64,000 nucleotides of DNA. Origin: Lingula anatina (taxonomy: Eukaryota > Animalia > Brachiopoda). The notes under the pieces were generated by a model. The model searched no databases. It was given only the letters and a program-made list of their open reading frames with translations, and was not told where the DNA came from. The translations under genes were made by a program, and so were the position numbers. Of the stretch, positions 10,844-22,685 are shown one piece after another. The DNA is taken from contig CM120640.1 of assembly GCA_051362555.1 (NCBI GenBank), positions 3,348,001 to 3,412,000 of the forward strand, read 5' to 3'. Within the stretch, counting starts at the first letter, position 1. Each line of letters opens with the position of its first letter.

Positions 10844-13800
10844 ACATTTATGAAAATACTTTTCTTAAATTTTCATTGTTCTGAAAGTAATAAAATGGGA
10901 ATGTGAATATTGATGTGCTTGAATCTGTTTACTTAATTCAAGTTATTCAACTTAAATATATATATAATACAAATTCATAGCAGAGGTACATATTTGTATA
11001 TATTTCTAGGTTTCAGAACTTCAGAATCGGGGCTACCAGATGTTAATGGTGACCAGTGGTGCCGTTGCATTTGGGAAACAAAAACTGCGCCACGAGATAA
11101 TGATGTCCATGAGCATGCGCCAGACGCTGTCAGTTAGGGAAAATGGGAAGGTAGGAAAAAAACTGCAGAGGATGTGAAAAACATTCCAAATTCATCAGTA
11201 ATATTGTTCGGAGATTTTTATTTGTATGCAAGCAAAACATTTATGAAGCTTTTATGCTAGCTAACAGTCAACCTGTCAAACGTCAGACTGAGTAAATGTT
11301 ACTGATTGAATGCTACGTTGTATAAATGTTTGTCTTGTGTACTCTTAATGATCTTTGGGCCATATCTACAGTTAATAAATATTTTTGTTCAGCAGTAATA
11401 TTACGTTGAATTTATTCAAATTAATGTTTCACCTCAATTTAGCCTGTATTTAGGGCTTTGGTTAGACGTTCAAAGTTCTTTGGGGTTTTTTATTGATATT
11501 TAAGGGCAATTTGTGGCTTATCCTGTCATGAATGTTTACATATGTTGACTTATTTGTCAAGTGGCTAGATAGTGGAGACAAGATTTAGATAAACATAAAC
11601 ATATTGATATGTTGTAGGAATGCTTATTGAGGTGACAATGTTGTTTATTTTAATGTTTGTGCTATAAGATACAAATTTTATGATATGTCTTTTTCAGCAT
11701 TATTAATTATTGAATGTTTTGTATTCTTATTAAGAAATCTATCCATTTCATGCTGCATCAAATACTGAAAGACTTTTGTCTATTTGTTTTTATTTCAATC
11801 TCCAGCAAGGACGCCCAATTTTAGAGCCACGGGCGTGCGCAGCGGCGGGCCAGAGCGGTCTCATGTCCTTGTATGAGGCCATGTTTTTACAGTATGGCGT
11901 CAGAATAGCTCAGGTACATTGCATGTTTCAAGGACAGGGAGACAGCAGATGATACACAACGGAGCAAAATATCTGACTAAAATTGATACAGGATTTCAGA
12001 AAAATTGAATTAATTTTCCTAACAGACAACCTCATTTTGCATCAAAAATATTTCATTTGGTCAGGAATGAAACCCTGAATTAAATTTGATGTCGTATTTT
12101 GCTCTGGTGATTTTATTGTGGTTGCAGGAATTTTTGGCATTTGAGGATGCATGCAGTCCTTTTACTTTATTTAAGTTATTTATTTTTTTATTTATGTTGG
12201 ATAGATGGGTCATATATGGGAACCTTGTATTCATAGACTAATGTTCTCTTTTCTGTATTCTATCTGATGAACATCCCTGTTTCAAATTTCATTGCTGACA
12301 TGTTTCACGTCAACATCTGCTGAGTTGTACTGTGAATTTCACAATCAGAAGCAGGCCATCTTGTTGACATCATTTTGCCAGCTTGGAGATAATCTTATCT
12401 TTACCAGACCCGATAGATGTTTATAAATCTATAAACCATTATGGTAAAAAGAAAACACATACAACATTTTTTTTTCAAGTTTGAATCAGATGTCTGATAT
12501 TATTCCTGACTATTTATGGGTTCAAGCTGCCCCCAGATACCAGGGCAATGGCTACCCAGGCATTTCTGTCTACTTTTTTTTACAACCCCAAATTGTGTCT
12601 GAAAATTGCATTGTTAACCTTGGTTACAAGTGTTTTAGCTATTAGCACACATTCCAAAATTGACCCCACCAGTGACCATAACAGAAACATCTAAAGTATT
12701 GTTGAATACACTTTTTACTGTCCAAATCCTATATATAGGACATTCTGAAACCCAAAAAGTAGAATGAACATTTGTTATTCAGTATGATGAACTCATATGA
12801 TATGATATATGTTGGTAAAGGTCAGAGTTTTGGAGCAGATAAATACTCTACCAGTTGCCAACACTTGGATACAGAAGAAACATTGCTAGAAATGTCTCCC
12901 AAATATGACCTATTCTACTAACATCCCTTAGTTTCAGTTCTCATCTTTCTTTATTTACTCTGCTTTTAGTTTGTAGTTTTTCTCTTTTTTTAACTGTATT
13001 GTCTGTTCAGGGAGAGTTGACAGGGCCTAGTAGTCATGCCTTCTCTGCCTGTGGTATGGGTGGATTAATGGCACTGTACAATCAGTTGTTTTCACAGTAT
13101 GCCATCAAAACTGCACAGGTGATTATTAACAAACCCACCAAGTTTTTTTTTCCACATTGTTTCTAAAATGTTATTATAAAGTCATGCCACTAAATTATTA
13201 TATTATTGACTATATAGTAGCATAGAGTGAATTCGGTTTGTATGAATGAATGTACACTACTTAAAATTGAAGTTTTTTTTTTTTTTTTTTTTGCCTTGGG
13301 ATTTTTTTTCAATTAAAAATGCAACAGCACATTCAGTACTGGTAAGCTTTTCAAACTTTGTATAATCTCCTGAACCAGCATATTTAAAATCAACAGTATT
13401 TTAACAAGGTCTTTATCTTTTTATGCTAGTTGTATTAACTGACTGCTGTCACTTTTGCACATCAGTGGTGTTAACTTTTATTGTTTTCTTTTAACACTGA
13501 CTAACTGTTTATTATTTGTTTCTAAATGATGTTGATAAATTCCAAAGATAATAGTCTGTTAATTTTTTATTAGCAATGCATTAATTTGTATACATCAAAT
13601 AGATCATTTAATGGCTAATATGAGTGTGCATGTTTCATTTAAAGTTAAGTTACCTTTTTCTCTAAATTTTTCAAAACTTTTACATTGGAGAAAGTTGCTT
13701 TTACTTATTAAGTATATCGACATCTGACAAATATGTTTTATGATAAGACATAAAAACATGTTAAGTATAATTCTTTTTGTTTATGATGTACAGGAATAAC

Positions 13801-16800
13801 TTATGCATTCCAGGTTTTAGTCACAAAACCAGACTTCACTAATGATGAGAGTAGAAAGAACTTACGGGGCACCTTGCAGGAACTCCTAAAACTGAATATT
13901 ATTCCTATATTAAATGCTAATGATGCAGTAGCTCCACCACCAGAGGCAGACAAAGACCTAGCTGGGGTGAGTTTTTTTCCACTGTATCACTTTGTGACCA
14001 TTATATTTTAACCAATTATGAGTCAAGCTAAAAAATGTGCATTTTCATTCATTTATGTTAAATGTCAAATTCCATAAGAAGTTGAGAAATCGGAAAAAAA
14101 CTTTTTATAACACATATCCCAATGCCAGACACCCAATTGAGACTGTAGATATTTCATCTCTGATTCTCAAGTCTTTTTTAAATGCATTTAGTTATCAAGA
14201 TTAAAATGTTTTAATCTACAAGATAAGGTTGGTTATTTTGTAAAGCTGTCAATGCTCTAACCCTTCGTCTACCATTTCACCCCTTTGTTGCTATTCAGGT
14301 GATCAGTGTCAGTGACAATGACAGTCTGGCTGCCAGGCTGGCCGTAGAAACAGATTCTGACTTGCTGATCTTAATGTCAGATGTGAATGGTATCTACACG
14401 TCTCCTCCCGGCACTGAGGGGTCTCGTCTCCTTCACACCTATTCCCCAAAGACAGACAGTGTGAATGTGGTGTTTGGGGGCAAGTCCAGAGTAGGACTGG
14501 GAGGAATGGAGTCCAAGGTAAATAACAGGAAGGGAAATGTGCTTCATTTAAAAAAGTAGACCGAAGTGACTATTACCTTAGAATAGATAGAGTGAATGTT
14601 ATGTATGGTGACAAAATGAGAAGTTGATAAAAGAAATGACCCCACTAAGAAAGGTCAACTCAATTTTTATGTTGATGGCCACTTTAATTTCTTGACCAAA
14701 ATGTGAGAGGAATGAACTACATTTTGGCTGAGGAGCATGTGCTAGGTGAGAACAGGTAGGATGTGCTGATGGAGAAAATGTAAAATGTGCTAGGTGAGAA
14801 CAGGTAGGATGTGCTAATTGAGAAAATGTAAAATGTGCTAGGTGAGAACATGCAGGTGGTGCTAATTGAGAAAATGTAAAATGTGCTAGGTGAGAACATT
14901 TTGAGATGGATTGTGTAGTTGTGACAGTTACCTAACTATTTGTAGGTGAAAGCAGCCACATGGTGCCTGGGTCATGATGTGGGCGTGGTCATCTGTAATG
15001 GTACTGAGGAGAGTGCAATCCTGAACATTGTTGATGGGAAGAAAGTGGGCACCATGTTTACAGACGCTATGGTAGAGGGGCCTGCTGTGGAAATACAAGC
15101 AATGAAAGGTAAGGGGATTTTGTTCCACTTTTATACAGTTATACATTGGTGAAAGTTTTAAGGATTATGCCTGATTTCAGGACTTTCAATCTTCATTTTG
15201 ATCATTTTTTTCCATAAGGTCTGCAAGCTATGTTTTAAGGATTTTCAGTTTTTACAAATTTCACCGATGTACTACATATATGGAGTTGTGTGGCAACAAG
15301 AAGGCTATGAGCGATTCAGTATGCTTCAACCTCTGAATGGTCAATTTTAAAGCAGCTGGATAGTTTTGATGCTGCGTCAACAAGGCTTTCCCCTGAGAAT
15401 GACTCAGTTATCATTTGGATGGCCTGTTTGTCCTTCTCCCTTGGGTGACCTTTTTTTTTACATATTATATGTGGTAGTAAAATCATGGTCTCTCAAAATC
15501 AAGCAGGCTTTTTTGGTCCTCATCTTAACATATAAGTTGTATACTTCCATGTTCAAAATTAATGTGTGAGGCTAAAAATTCCTCTTTCAACCTGATATAT
15601 ATGTTTGACCATAATTTGTGTTTATTGTTCTAGATTTATGATCATTGTTTTTTTTTTAAGGCAATAAGTATTATAGTTTAATTTTTTTAACAGTTATAAC
15701 ATTATGCATTATATTCGGTTGTCAAATTTTAGTTACAATTCAGTCTTTTGTTTCTTTCTTTGTTCTGCTTCAATTTCCTCTGGAATTGTATGCATCCACA
15801 ACTTCATCCTCTCTGGATGTAGATCATACTCCATCTTAGTTTGTTTGCCGATGTCTATGTAGCCCTTCTTGTCCTTGGTGAACTCCTCCCAGCTTGCCAC
15901 ACCCTCTAGTGGACTTCCTTTGTTTGGATTTCTGAAAAAATTGTAAATTTGTTTCAATTCTTGTTTCTTATTTTAGTTATTGTTATTCATTTTTATTCAC
16001 AATGACATACAATATTTCTTGGATAAAATATTAGATAATTTAATGTAGTAGTTCAAGTTTATTCATCAATTAATTGGAATGTGCTGTTATTTTTTACAGT
16101 ATTTTTATATTAAAAAAAATCCAATTATTGTGCATAAAATATAAGATCTTGATTACCCTGTTTTTGCAAAGTTGGTCCAGAGTGTCATCACAGTATTGGC
16201 AGCATTTTGATCCTCTTCATTCCAGTCAAATTCAACACCTTCTTTAACAATATTTGGCCCAAAAACTAGTGGTAAGTCATCCCCATGTGTGGCACACTTG
16301 GCCCAGGTTGGAAGAGTAATGCCAACATAGTAGTCAGTAAAGCTTTTGCCACTCAGAACATGACTGATGATATAGGAGTAAGTAGCAGATTTTCGGGTAC
16401 TACTTAATTTCGATCTCAAATGAGCCAGGCATGATTTCATGACTTGTTGATGCATCAGGAAATCGGAGAAAAAATCCCGTGCAGCAATGGCATTTTCAAT
16501 GGGGTCAACTTTGTGGGTGTACATGTCATGAATATACTTTTTTACTCTTTCTAAGTTGTTTGGAAATAAGGCTTTCAGAAACGGAAGTACCAGTTTTGTG
16601 TTTATGATATCTTCCGGTATTCCAGATGTTATGTTGTACCCATCTTTCTCATGCGTCATGGCTGCCAAATAAAGCATGTCATTACCTTCGTCTGCTAATG
16701 CACCTGCCATCCAATCAACTTTACTGAAAGCTTCGTCTATTTCTGGATTGCTTTTGAATTTGGAAGCTGAAAAATATCCCTGTGCACCATAAGGCACAAA

Positions 16801-19800
16801 GTCTCCATCTTCTACTGGAGCAAAAGGCATGATGCCATATTCCTCCGTGTCGTTTGAAATGCCAGGTGTTAATAGCGCTGCAGATGCATGAAGAAGATCC
16901 TGCACAGATGCCAAACGTAAGCAGTTAACCAATCTCAGAGTGTCACTGAAATCTTTGTTGTCCGAGGCACTGCAATTCAGTTTGTGACCCATATTTCTGG
17001 CTAATTGAAGAGGTTTCCTTGAGAAGGCAAATCCACTGCTGAAAGCGGACGGACTCTGGCTGATGGCACGTTTGACCAGTCCAATGTTATATTTAGTTAT
17101 CGCTTGATGCAGCACGCTAGAACCACCAGCAGATTCACCAAATATGGTAATGCTTTCTGGATCACCACCAAATGTTGAGATGTGCTCTTTGACCCATTTT
17201 AAGGCCTCATGCTGATCCCACAGCCCAAAATTACCTGGGGCATTTTCATCCAGTGTTGATAAAAATCCAAAAATATGCAACCTATAGTTGATGGTGACAC
17301 AAATAACATCACCGTGTAAAGCCAATTCTTGGCATGGGGTTGCCATCCCCTGACCCATGGAGTACCCTCCACCATGAATCCAAACCATTACTGCTTTGGG
17401 TGCCTTATTTTCAGATACAGGGACGTACACATTAAGAGTAAGGCAATCCTCTGAAATATCAGTGTGAAGTAATATCTCCTTGAGTCCGGGAAAGAAAGTC
17501 TGGGTACATGAAGGCCCATATTCAGTAGCATCTATGATGCGTGTCCATGGCTTCTTGGGTACAGGCTTTTGGAAGCGTAGATGTCCAAGAGGAGGCTCTG
17601 CAAATGGAACCCCAAGATAGACATCTATGTTCTTTCCGTTGACTGTTTGGGTCTTTCCACGAAGTCTACCCAGCTTTGTTTCCAGAATCTCTGCATGACT
17701 AGTGGCAATCATAAACAACACAGATAAAATACATGTACAGGCAACCATTGTAGAAGAGCAAACAACTTTGACACCCATTTCATGAGCTGTGATGGCAGCT
17801 AGTGTTCACCTTTGTTCTGATAACATAGATTTGACAGTGTCTGTCTTAAAAACCTTGTATGGTCTCTTGTTTTTCTCTCACTCAATCCTCAGGTTGCTTT
17901 TTCGTGAGGTATTATGAAATTAACAAGCAGTAAGAAAGCAGCTTAAAATTAGTTATTACCTTTTAGTTGTTGTGATAAATATGACCCAGCACCCCTTCCT
18001 GCCCTGTACCCTAGGCTCATACTATCATGCAAGTAGCAAGTACAAGTTCATATTTATCAGCTCTTTTATCTGGGGCTGATTCAATATGTCCTGACCTACT
18101 TGTTTGTTTTTTAGGCATTAGCTCATTCAGAAAGCAAACACTTTACTTGTATATGTAGGTCATTTGAAAATGTGAGGCACATAAGTGACTGACCCATTAA
18201 TATTGTGTAATATTTGTGTATCTGTTTTATATCACTTTTTGATTAAAGTTGATTTCATTCTTAATTGGATGGTTCTGCAGTAAAAGACAATTATAAGGCA
18301 GAACAAATTATTAGACAAGTCAGAATAATGCAAATCTTACACAAAGTGTTTGCATCATTAATATGATTCAAATGCTCACTTTTTGTGTAATGACCAATAT
18401 AAGACACAATTGTTTTTTTTTTTTTTTTCCTAATTGAACTTTTTCAGTCTCTTTGGGAATTGTGTTTGTTCATAACTTCATGCTAACTGGAAGCAGATCC
18501 ATAGCCATCTTGGATTTTTATGCCTCTTTTGCTTTGCTGACACCACACCGTGCAAGGAACAACCAATTTTTGGGGGCTGCTGAAGAGAAAGAGTATTGGT
18601 GTCAAATTAATAAAATTAATATTTATTTTAACAATTTGACTAAGTTTTAAGCAATTATAATATGTCACTTATTTGATTAACATTATTATTCCAGCAAGAG
18701 AAGGTTGCTATGCCTTGCAAGCACTAAGCTCTGAAAAAAGGGCGGACATCATCAACAGTTTGGCAGGTTTACTGATCGACAGATCCGCTGAAATACTAGC
18801 AGCCAATAGGAAGGATGTGGATGCAGCTAAAGCTGCTGGTAGGTGGAGAAATTATGGGTAGAACGTCAGTTGGACTGTAATATTTGTTTCATAAGGAATT
18901 TCTCTCTCCAAGATAATTTGATCGTAGTGTTTTACTTGCTTCTTTTTCAGTAGTAGATAGATGGCATAGTTCTCAAGATTTATCAAACCTTACTCTAAAC
19001 CAGTTCAAGATTTAAAGAGTGTAAATGAAGGTTGTATTAATGTCCTCTTTTCAGGACTTCTCCCAGTGAACATCTCCCGTCTGATCCTAACCCAGGCAAA
19101 GTTACAGAATCTATCAGGCGGCCTGCGACAGATAGCTGCCACATCCCATACTAACATTGGCCGCGTCTTGCGCCATACCAAGGTGGCCGAGGGAATGGAC
19201 CTAACGCAAGTCACTGTACCTATAGGTGTACTGCTAGTCATATTTGAGTCCAGACCAGATGCCTTACCACAGGTTTGTATGGATTACGTTTTAAAACTTT
19301 TAATATTAAAATAATCATTTTTTTAAAAAGAAATTAATTTTTGCCTCATCAGTGTGCAAGACAAATTTGAATGTTTCTAATTGATTGATATATTTTTTTG
19401 TCTAGGTTGCTGCCCTCTCCATAGCCACTGGCAATGGTTTACTACTGAAGGGAGGCAAGGAAGCATATCACAGTAATAAAATACTTCATGAGCTGGTAGA
19501 AGAGGCTCTAGGGCCACATGTCCCAAAAGATACTGTGAGCTTGGTGGGTATACTTTTCAGTTAAATATCAATAAACTTTTGAAAACTATCACTTAAGATT
19601 TCATGTTATTTTAGATGTCAAGATGCTGTATGGTTAGTGTACAGCCATGCTAATTTGTGGAGGTTTATTTATGAACACCAGTTTATTGACAAGTTGTCTC
19701 ACTCCGTAGGTCAGTCGACGAGAAGACATCACTGACTTACTGCAGATGGATGAATACATTGACCTGGTGATTCCTAGAGGCTCCAAGGAACTGGTTTCCA

Positions 19801-21738
19801 AGATACAGCAGGAGAGTAAAGGCATTCCTGTCCTCGGCCACAGCGAGGGCGTCTGTCATGTGTTTGTGGATAAAGACGCAGACCTGGAAGCAGCTATTAA
19901 AATAGGTCAGTAGTTATGAAAAATATGGAACTGTGGCGTGCATCTGATTTTGGTACACTTTTCACTTTTTTGGCCTAAACAAGATGAAAGGAAAATATTG
20001 CATAGCCTGAAATATATTATTAAAATGTAAAAACTTATTTTCAATGATAATCATACATAGTTTATATTACTGCCATTCTGCCCAAGGGCGAAGGATGATA
20101 ATGATGATATATTATTGATAATTCTTTGGAAATCAAGAAAGATAACTAAATAAACAGATATAGTGCCATCTACTTGTTTTTATCCTATGGTGTAGGCATT
20201 CCTTTAGATAAATGACAATGAAAATACAAACTGATTCAGTAGGCATATATGGCAAATACAGCACAAACAGCAATCACAAAGCAGTTTCTTACTTGCAGTA
20301 GTGAAAGTCTCTTTATTGGGTTCAGAAAGTTATATTTGATGTACTTTCAGTGGTTGATGCCAAATGTGACTACCCTGCAGCCTGCAATGCCATGGAAACA
20401 CTTCTCATACATCACGATCACTTACGAACTGGTTTCTTCGACCATGTGTGTGACATTTTGCGAAAGGAAAATGTAGGTTTTTATTCTTTAGTTCAGTTGT
20501 TACGTATATCAAAAACTAAAAGTCTGCATGTTAACCTGAAGTGAAAAAAGTTTTAACATTAAAATGTGAAATACAAGAATAGCAAAAATTCATAATATTT
20601 TTCAAGTTATGGCAAAAATCCTGATAATTTTTCAGGTGAAGATTCTAGGAGGACCCAGATTGCTGAGTCATCTCAAGTTTGGCCCTGTGCCAGCATCATC
20701 CATGAGGACAGAGTATGGAGACCTGCAGTGTACCATTGAGGTGGTGGAAAATGTGGAGGATGCTGTGGATCACATCAACAAATATGGCAGCTCACATACA
20801 GATGTGATTGTAACTAGAAATGGTGTGTTTATTTGGGATGTTATCAAATTTCTATTGTTGTGTGTCATGTGTTAATTTAGCATTGAATACTTTTATTCAA
20901 TTTGGACCCTGAAATTTCAGTTTGAAAGCTTCTTCAACTTTGAAATGATTTATGAAGATTTTCTTGTTAGGGAATCTGGTGTACCTTTGTAGAAAGCAAC
21001 ATACCAAATGTATTTTTTACAAGGCCTCGTTTGCTGAAATATTCGGAGTTACTGTAATATATGCAGTGTAGACTAAAATAACTTTCAGTACTCAGCTGTA
21101 GTGAAGAGATCATGGCCTTTGCTGTGGTGTCAGACCAGTCAGTGTGGCATGGTATTAACTGTGTGTTATTATTCCAGCTGAGGCAGCAGAGACATTCCTA
21201 CAGAAGGTGGACAGTGCCTGTGTGTTCCACAATGCCAGTACCAGGTTTGCAGATGGATACAGGTTTGGACTAGGTGAGAATTCAAGACTTATCTATTAAG
21301 ACAGTAGGGTCTGTAGATATTTCTAGGATCCAGTTTTTTATCATGTGTCCACCAGGTCTGTTTTGGGATGGTCAAACACACTAACTCAAAGATTTTCAGT
21401 AGGCCTTTTCACTCCACACCAATATGATTACTCTTTGGGTTCACACCACAAAAATTTTGTTTTATAATCTTTATGAATTTTTTCGACATGGAAACCATTT
21501 AAATAGTTATACATTTGAAATAACAATTACATAAGCCTATTTATATTTTTTAGGTGCAGAGGTTGGTATCAGTACAGGCCGTATCCATGCCAGGGGCCCA
21601 GTGGGCGTGGAGGGCCTGTTGACCACAAAATGGATTCTAAAGGGATCTGGAAACACCGTTGCCGAATTTACCGCAGGCGATATGAAATATCTACATGAAC
21701 AGCTGCCTATTGACGACATTTTGCATAGCAGCAGTTGA
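10394..21738 (+). CDS. ALDH18A1: Delta-1-pyrroline-5-carboxylate synthase (bifunctional gamma-glutamyl kinase / gamma-glutamyl phosphate reductase), mitochondrial
   Basis: Exons 10394-10726 (Arg-rich presequence; [30 protein letters not shown]), 11010-11150 (VTSGAVAFG), [11806-11913 or 13011-13118], 13814-13966 (NANDAV), 14299-14517 ([16 protein letters not shown]), 14946-15108, 18695-18838, 19055-19272 ([15 protein letters not shown]), 19406-19543 ([12 protein letters not shown]), 19710-19905 (DLVIPRG), 20351-20472 ([13 protein letters not shown], catalytic Cys), 20636-20822 (GSSHTD), 21178-21273 ([14 protein letters not shown]), 21554-21738 ([21 protein letters not shown]). All phases consistent. 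Confidence 0.97.
10788..10841. repeat. (ATT)n microsatellite
   Basis: Direct reading. Confidence 0.95.
11806..11913 (+). CDS. ALDH18A1: P5CS alternative exon 3a (canonical type)
   Basis: tctccag|108 nt|gtacat, phase 0/0: [36 protein letters not shown], matching the metazoan P5[24 protein letters not shown] segment. Confidence 0.95.
13011..13118 (+). CDS. ALDH18A1: P5CS alternative exon 3b (divergent duplicate; putative mutually exclusive exon)
   Basis: Pyrimidine tract + gttcag|108 nt|gtgatt, phase 0/0, no stop: [36 protein letters not shown]; aligns to exon 3a without gaps. Confidence 0.82.
14737..14898. repeat. 48-bp minisatellite, ~3.4 copies
   Basis: gtgctaggtgagaac anchors at 14739, 14787, 14835, 14883. 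Confidence 0.9.
15733..17778 (-). CDS. Type-B carboxylesterase / cholinesterase-family alpha-beta hydrolase with C-terminal KTEL, nested antisense in a P5CS intron
   Basis: Exon 1 17778-16157 and exon 2 15931-15733 splice (GG|gtaatc...tttcag|A) to give [11 protein letters not shown]. Signal peptide, [24 protein letters not shown] oxyanion hole, GESAG nucleophile, Glu in ADEG, His in THGDDL; ends KKQKTEL*. Minus-strand AATAAA at ~15626-15621. The real start may be the second Met (17748). Confidence 0.95.
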
Positions 21739-22125
21739 TTTATGTCGTGCATGCTCAAGAAGTGTCAAATTTCTAAATTATGAACAAAAAAAAGACCAAT
21801 TATTTATTTTGTTTATTGAATTATATGTCATTGAATGCATTTTTGTGTTCCACCATCTTGTGGAATATTCTGTGCAATGGATAGGAAGTCCATGGGTCTG
21901 ATTGATTACTGAAGGAACAGTACCATTAAAGATTTATTTGTTGTAGCAACAACAGGGTAGAATTTATCATTGGTAATGAATTTTTCATTTATAGTGATGA
22001 TAGTATTGAAAGGTGTACTTAAAAGTATTTTAGTAAAATTGCTTCAACTTTTAAAGATAGGGCTGGGCAAAAGCTTCTCCAGTCAATCATGAATTCACAC
22101 AAATTATAAAAGTGAAGCTGGCAGT

Positions 22126-22141
22126 AATAAATATATTTATT
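22126..22141. terminator. Candidate bidirectional poly(A) signal (palindrome AATAAATATATTTATT)
   Basis: AATAAA on + at 22126-22131 and on - at 22141-22136, between the convergent stops of P5CS (21738) and HSPA12 (23494). Confidence 0.45.
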
Positions 22142-22431
22142 CATACATCTCATGCAATTTTCTACAAAAACTACAGACAGCTGTACATGTAAAATGTTAA
22201 TAAGATTCCTTTACAAAAAAAAGCACCGAATACCATTTTTTGAAGCAAAATCGTATGACTAGAACGTCAACCAGGCAGGTTTGTAGCAAATTGACATACG
22301 TACTGGTAACTACTGTATAATGCATGGTACTTATAAAAATGATTCTTCACTCGTGATTTATGTAAGCATCTTAAATCAACTACATGTATAAGTTGCATGG
22401 TTTTACTAGCCTTTCACTGTATGCAGATTAA

Positions 22432-22685
22432 GGCTTCGTTCACATGGAATGTCTATTTTCTAAAAATCTATTTTCTATTCGCGCTATCTTATGATCACGG
22501 TCTGTGCCCTGAATATCCCGCCGCGTAATTACTGGCAGCGCGAGCCAGTTACTTATAGTAACTTATAGTAACTGGCTCGCGCTGCCAGTAATTACGCCGC
22601 GGGATATTAAGGGCACAGACCGTGATCATGAGACATACCGTGAATAGAAAATAGAATTTAGAAAATAGACATTGTGAATGAAGCC
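22432..22685. mobile_element. Fully palindromic MITE, PIF/Harbinger-like (copy 1)
   Basis: GGCTTCGTTCACA...TGTGAATGAAGCC termini, TAA on both flanks, ~120-bp arms around acttatagta-acttatagta; second copy at 52363-52619. Confidence 0.85.

Noticed and set aside
13967-13975. Mammalian-type 2-aa (Val-Asn) alternative donor of P5CS
   Set aside because: The intron begins gtgagtttt with no second GT six nt downstream, so only the short-type junction (DLAG|VISV) is available.
16157-17778. Carboxylesterase as a processed retrocopy or pseudogene
   Set aside because: It has a canonical intron (16156-15932), an intact triad and frame, and no poly(A) tract or TSD was seen.
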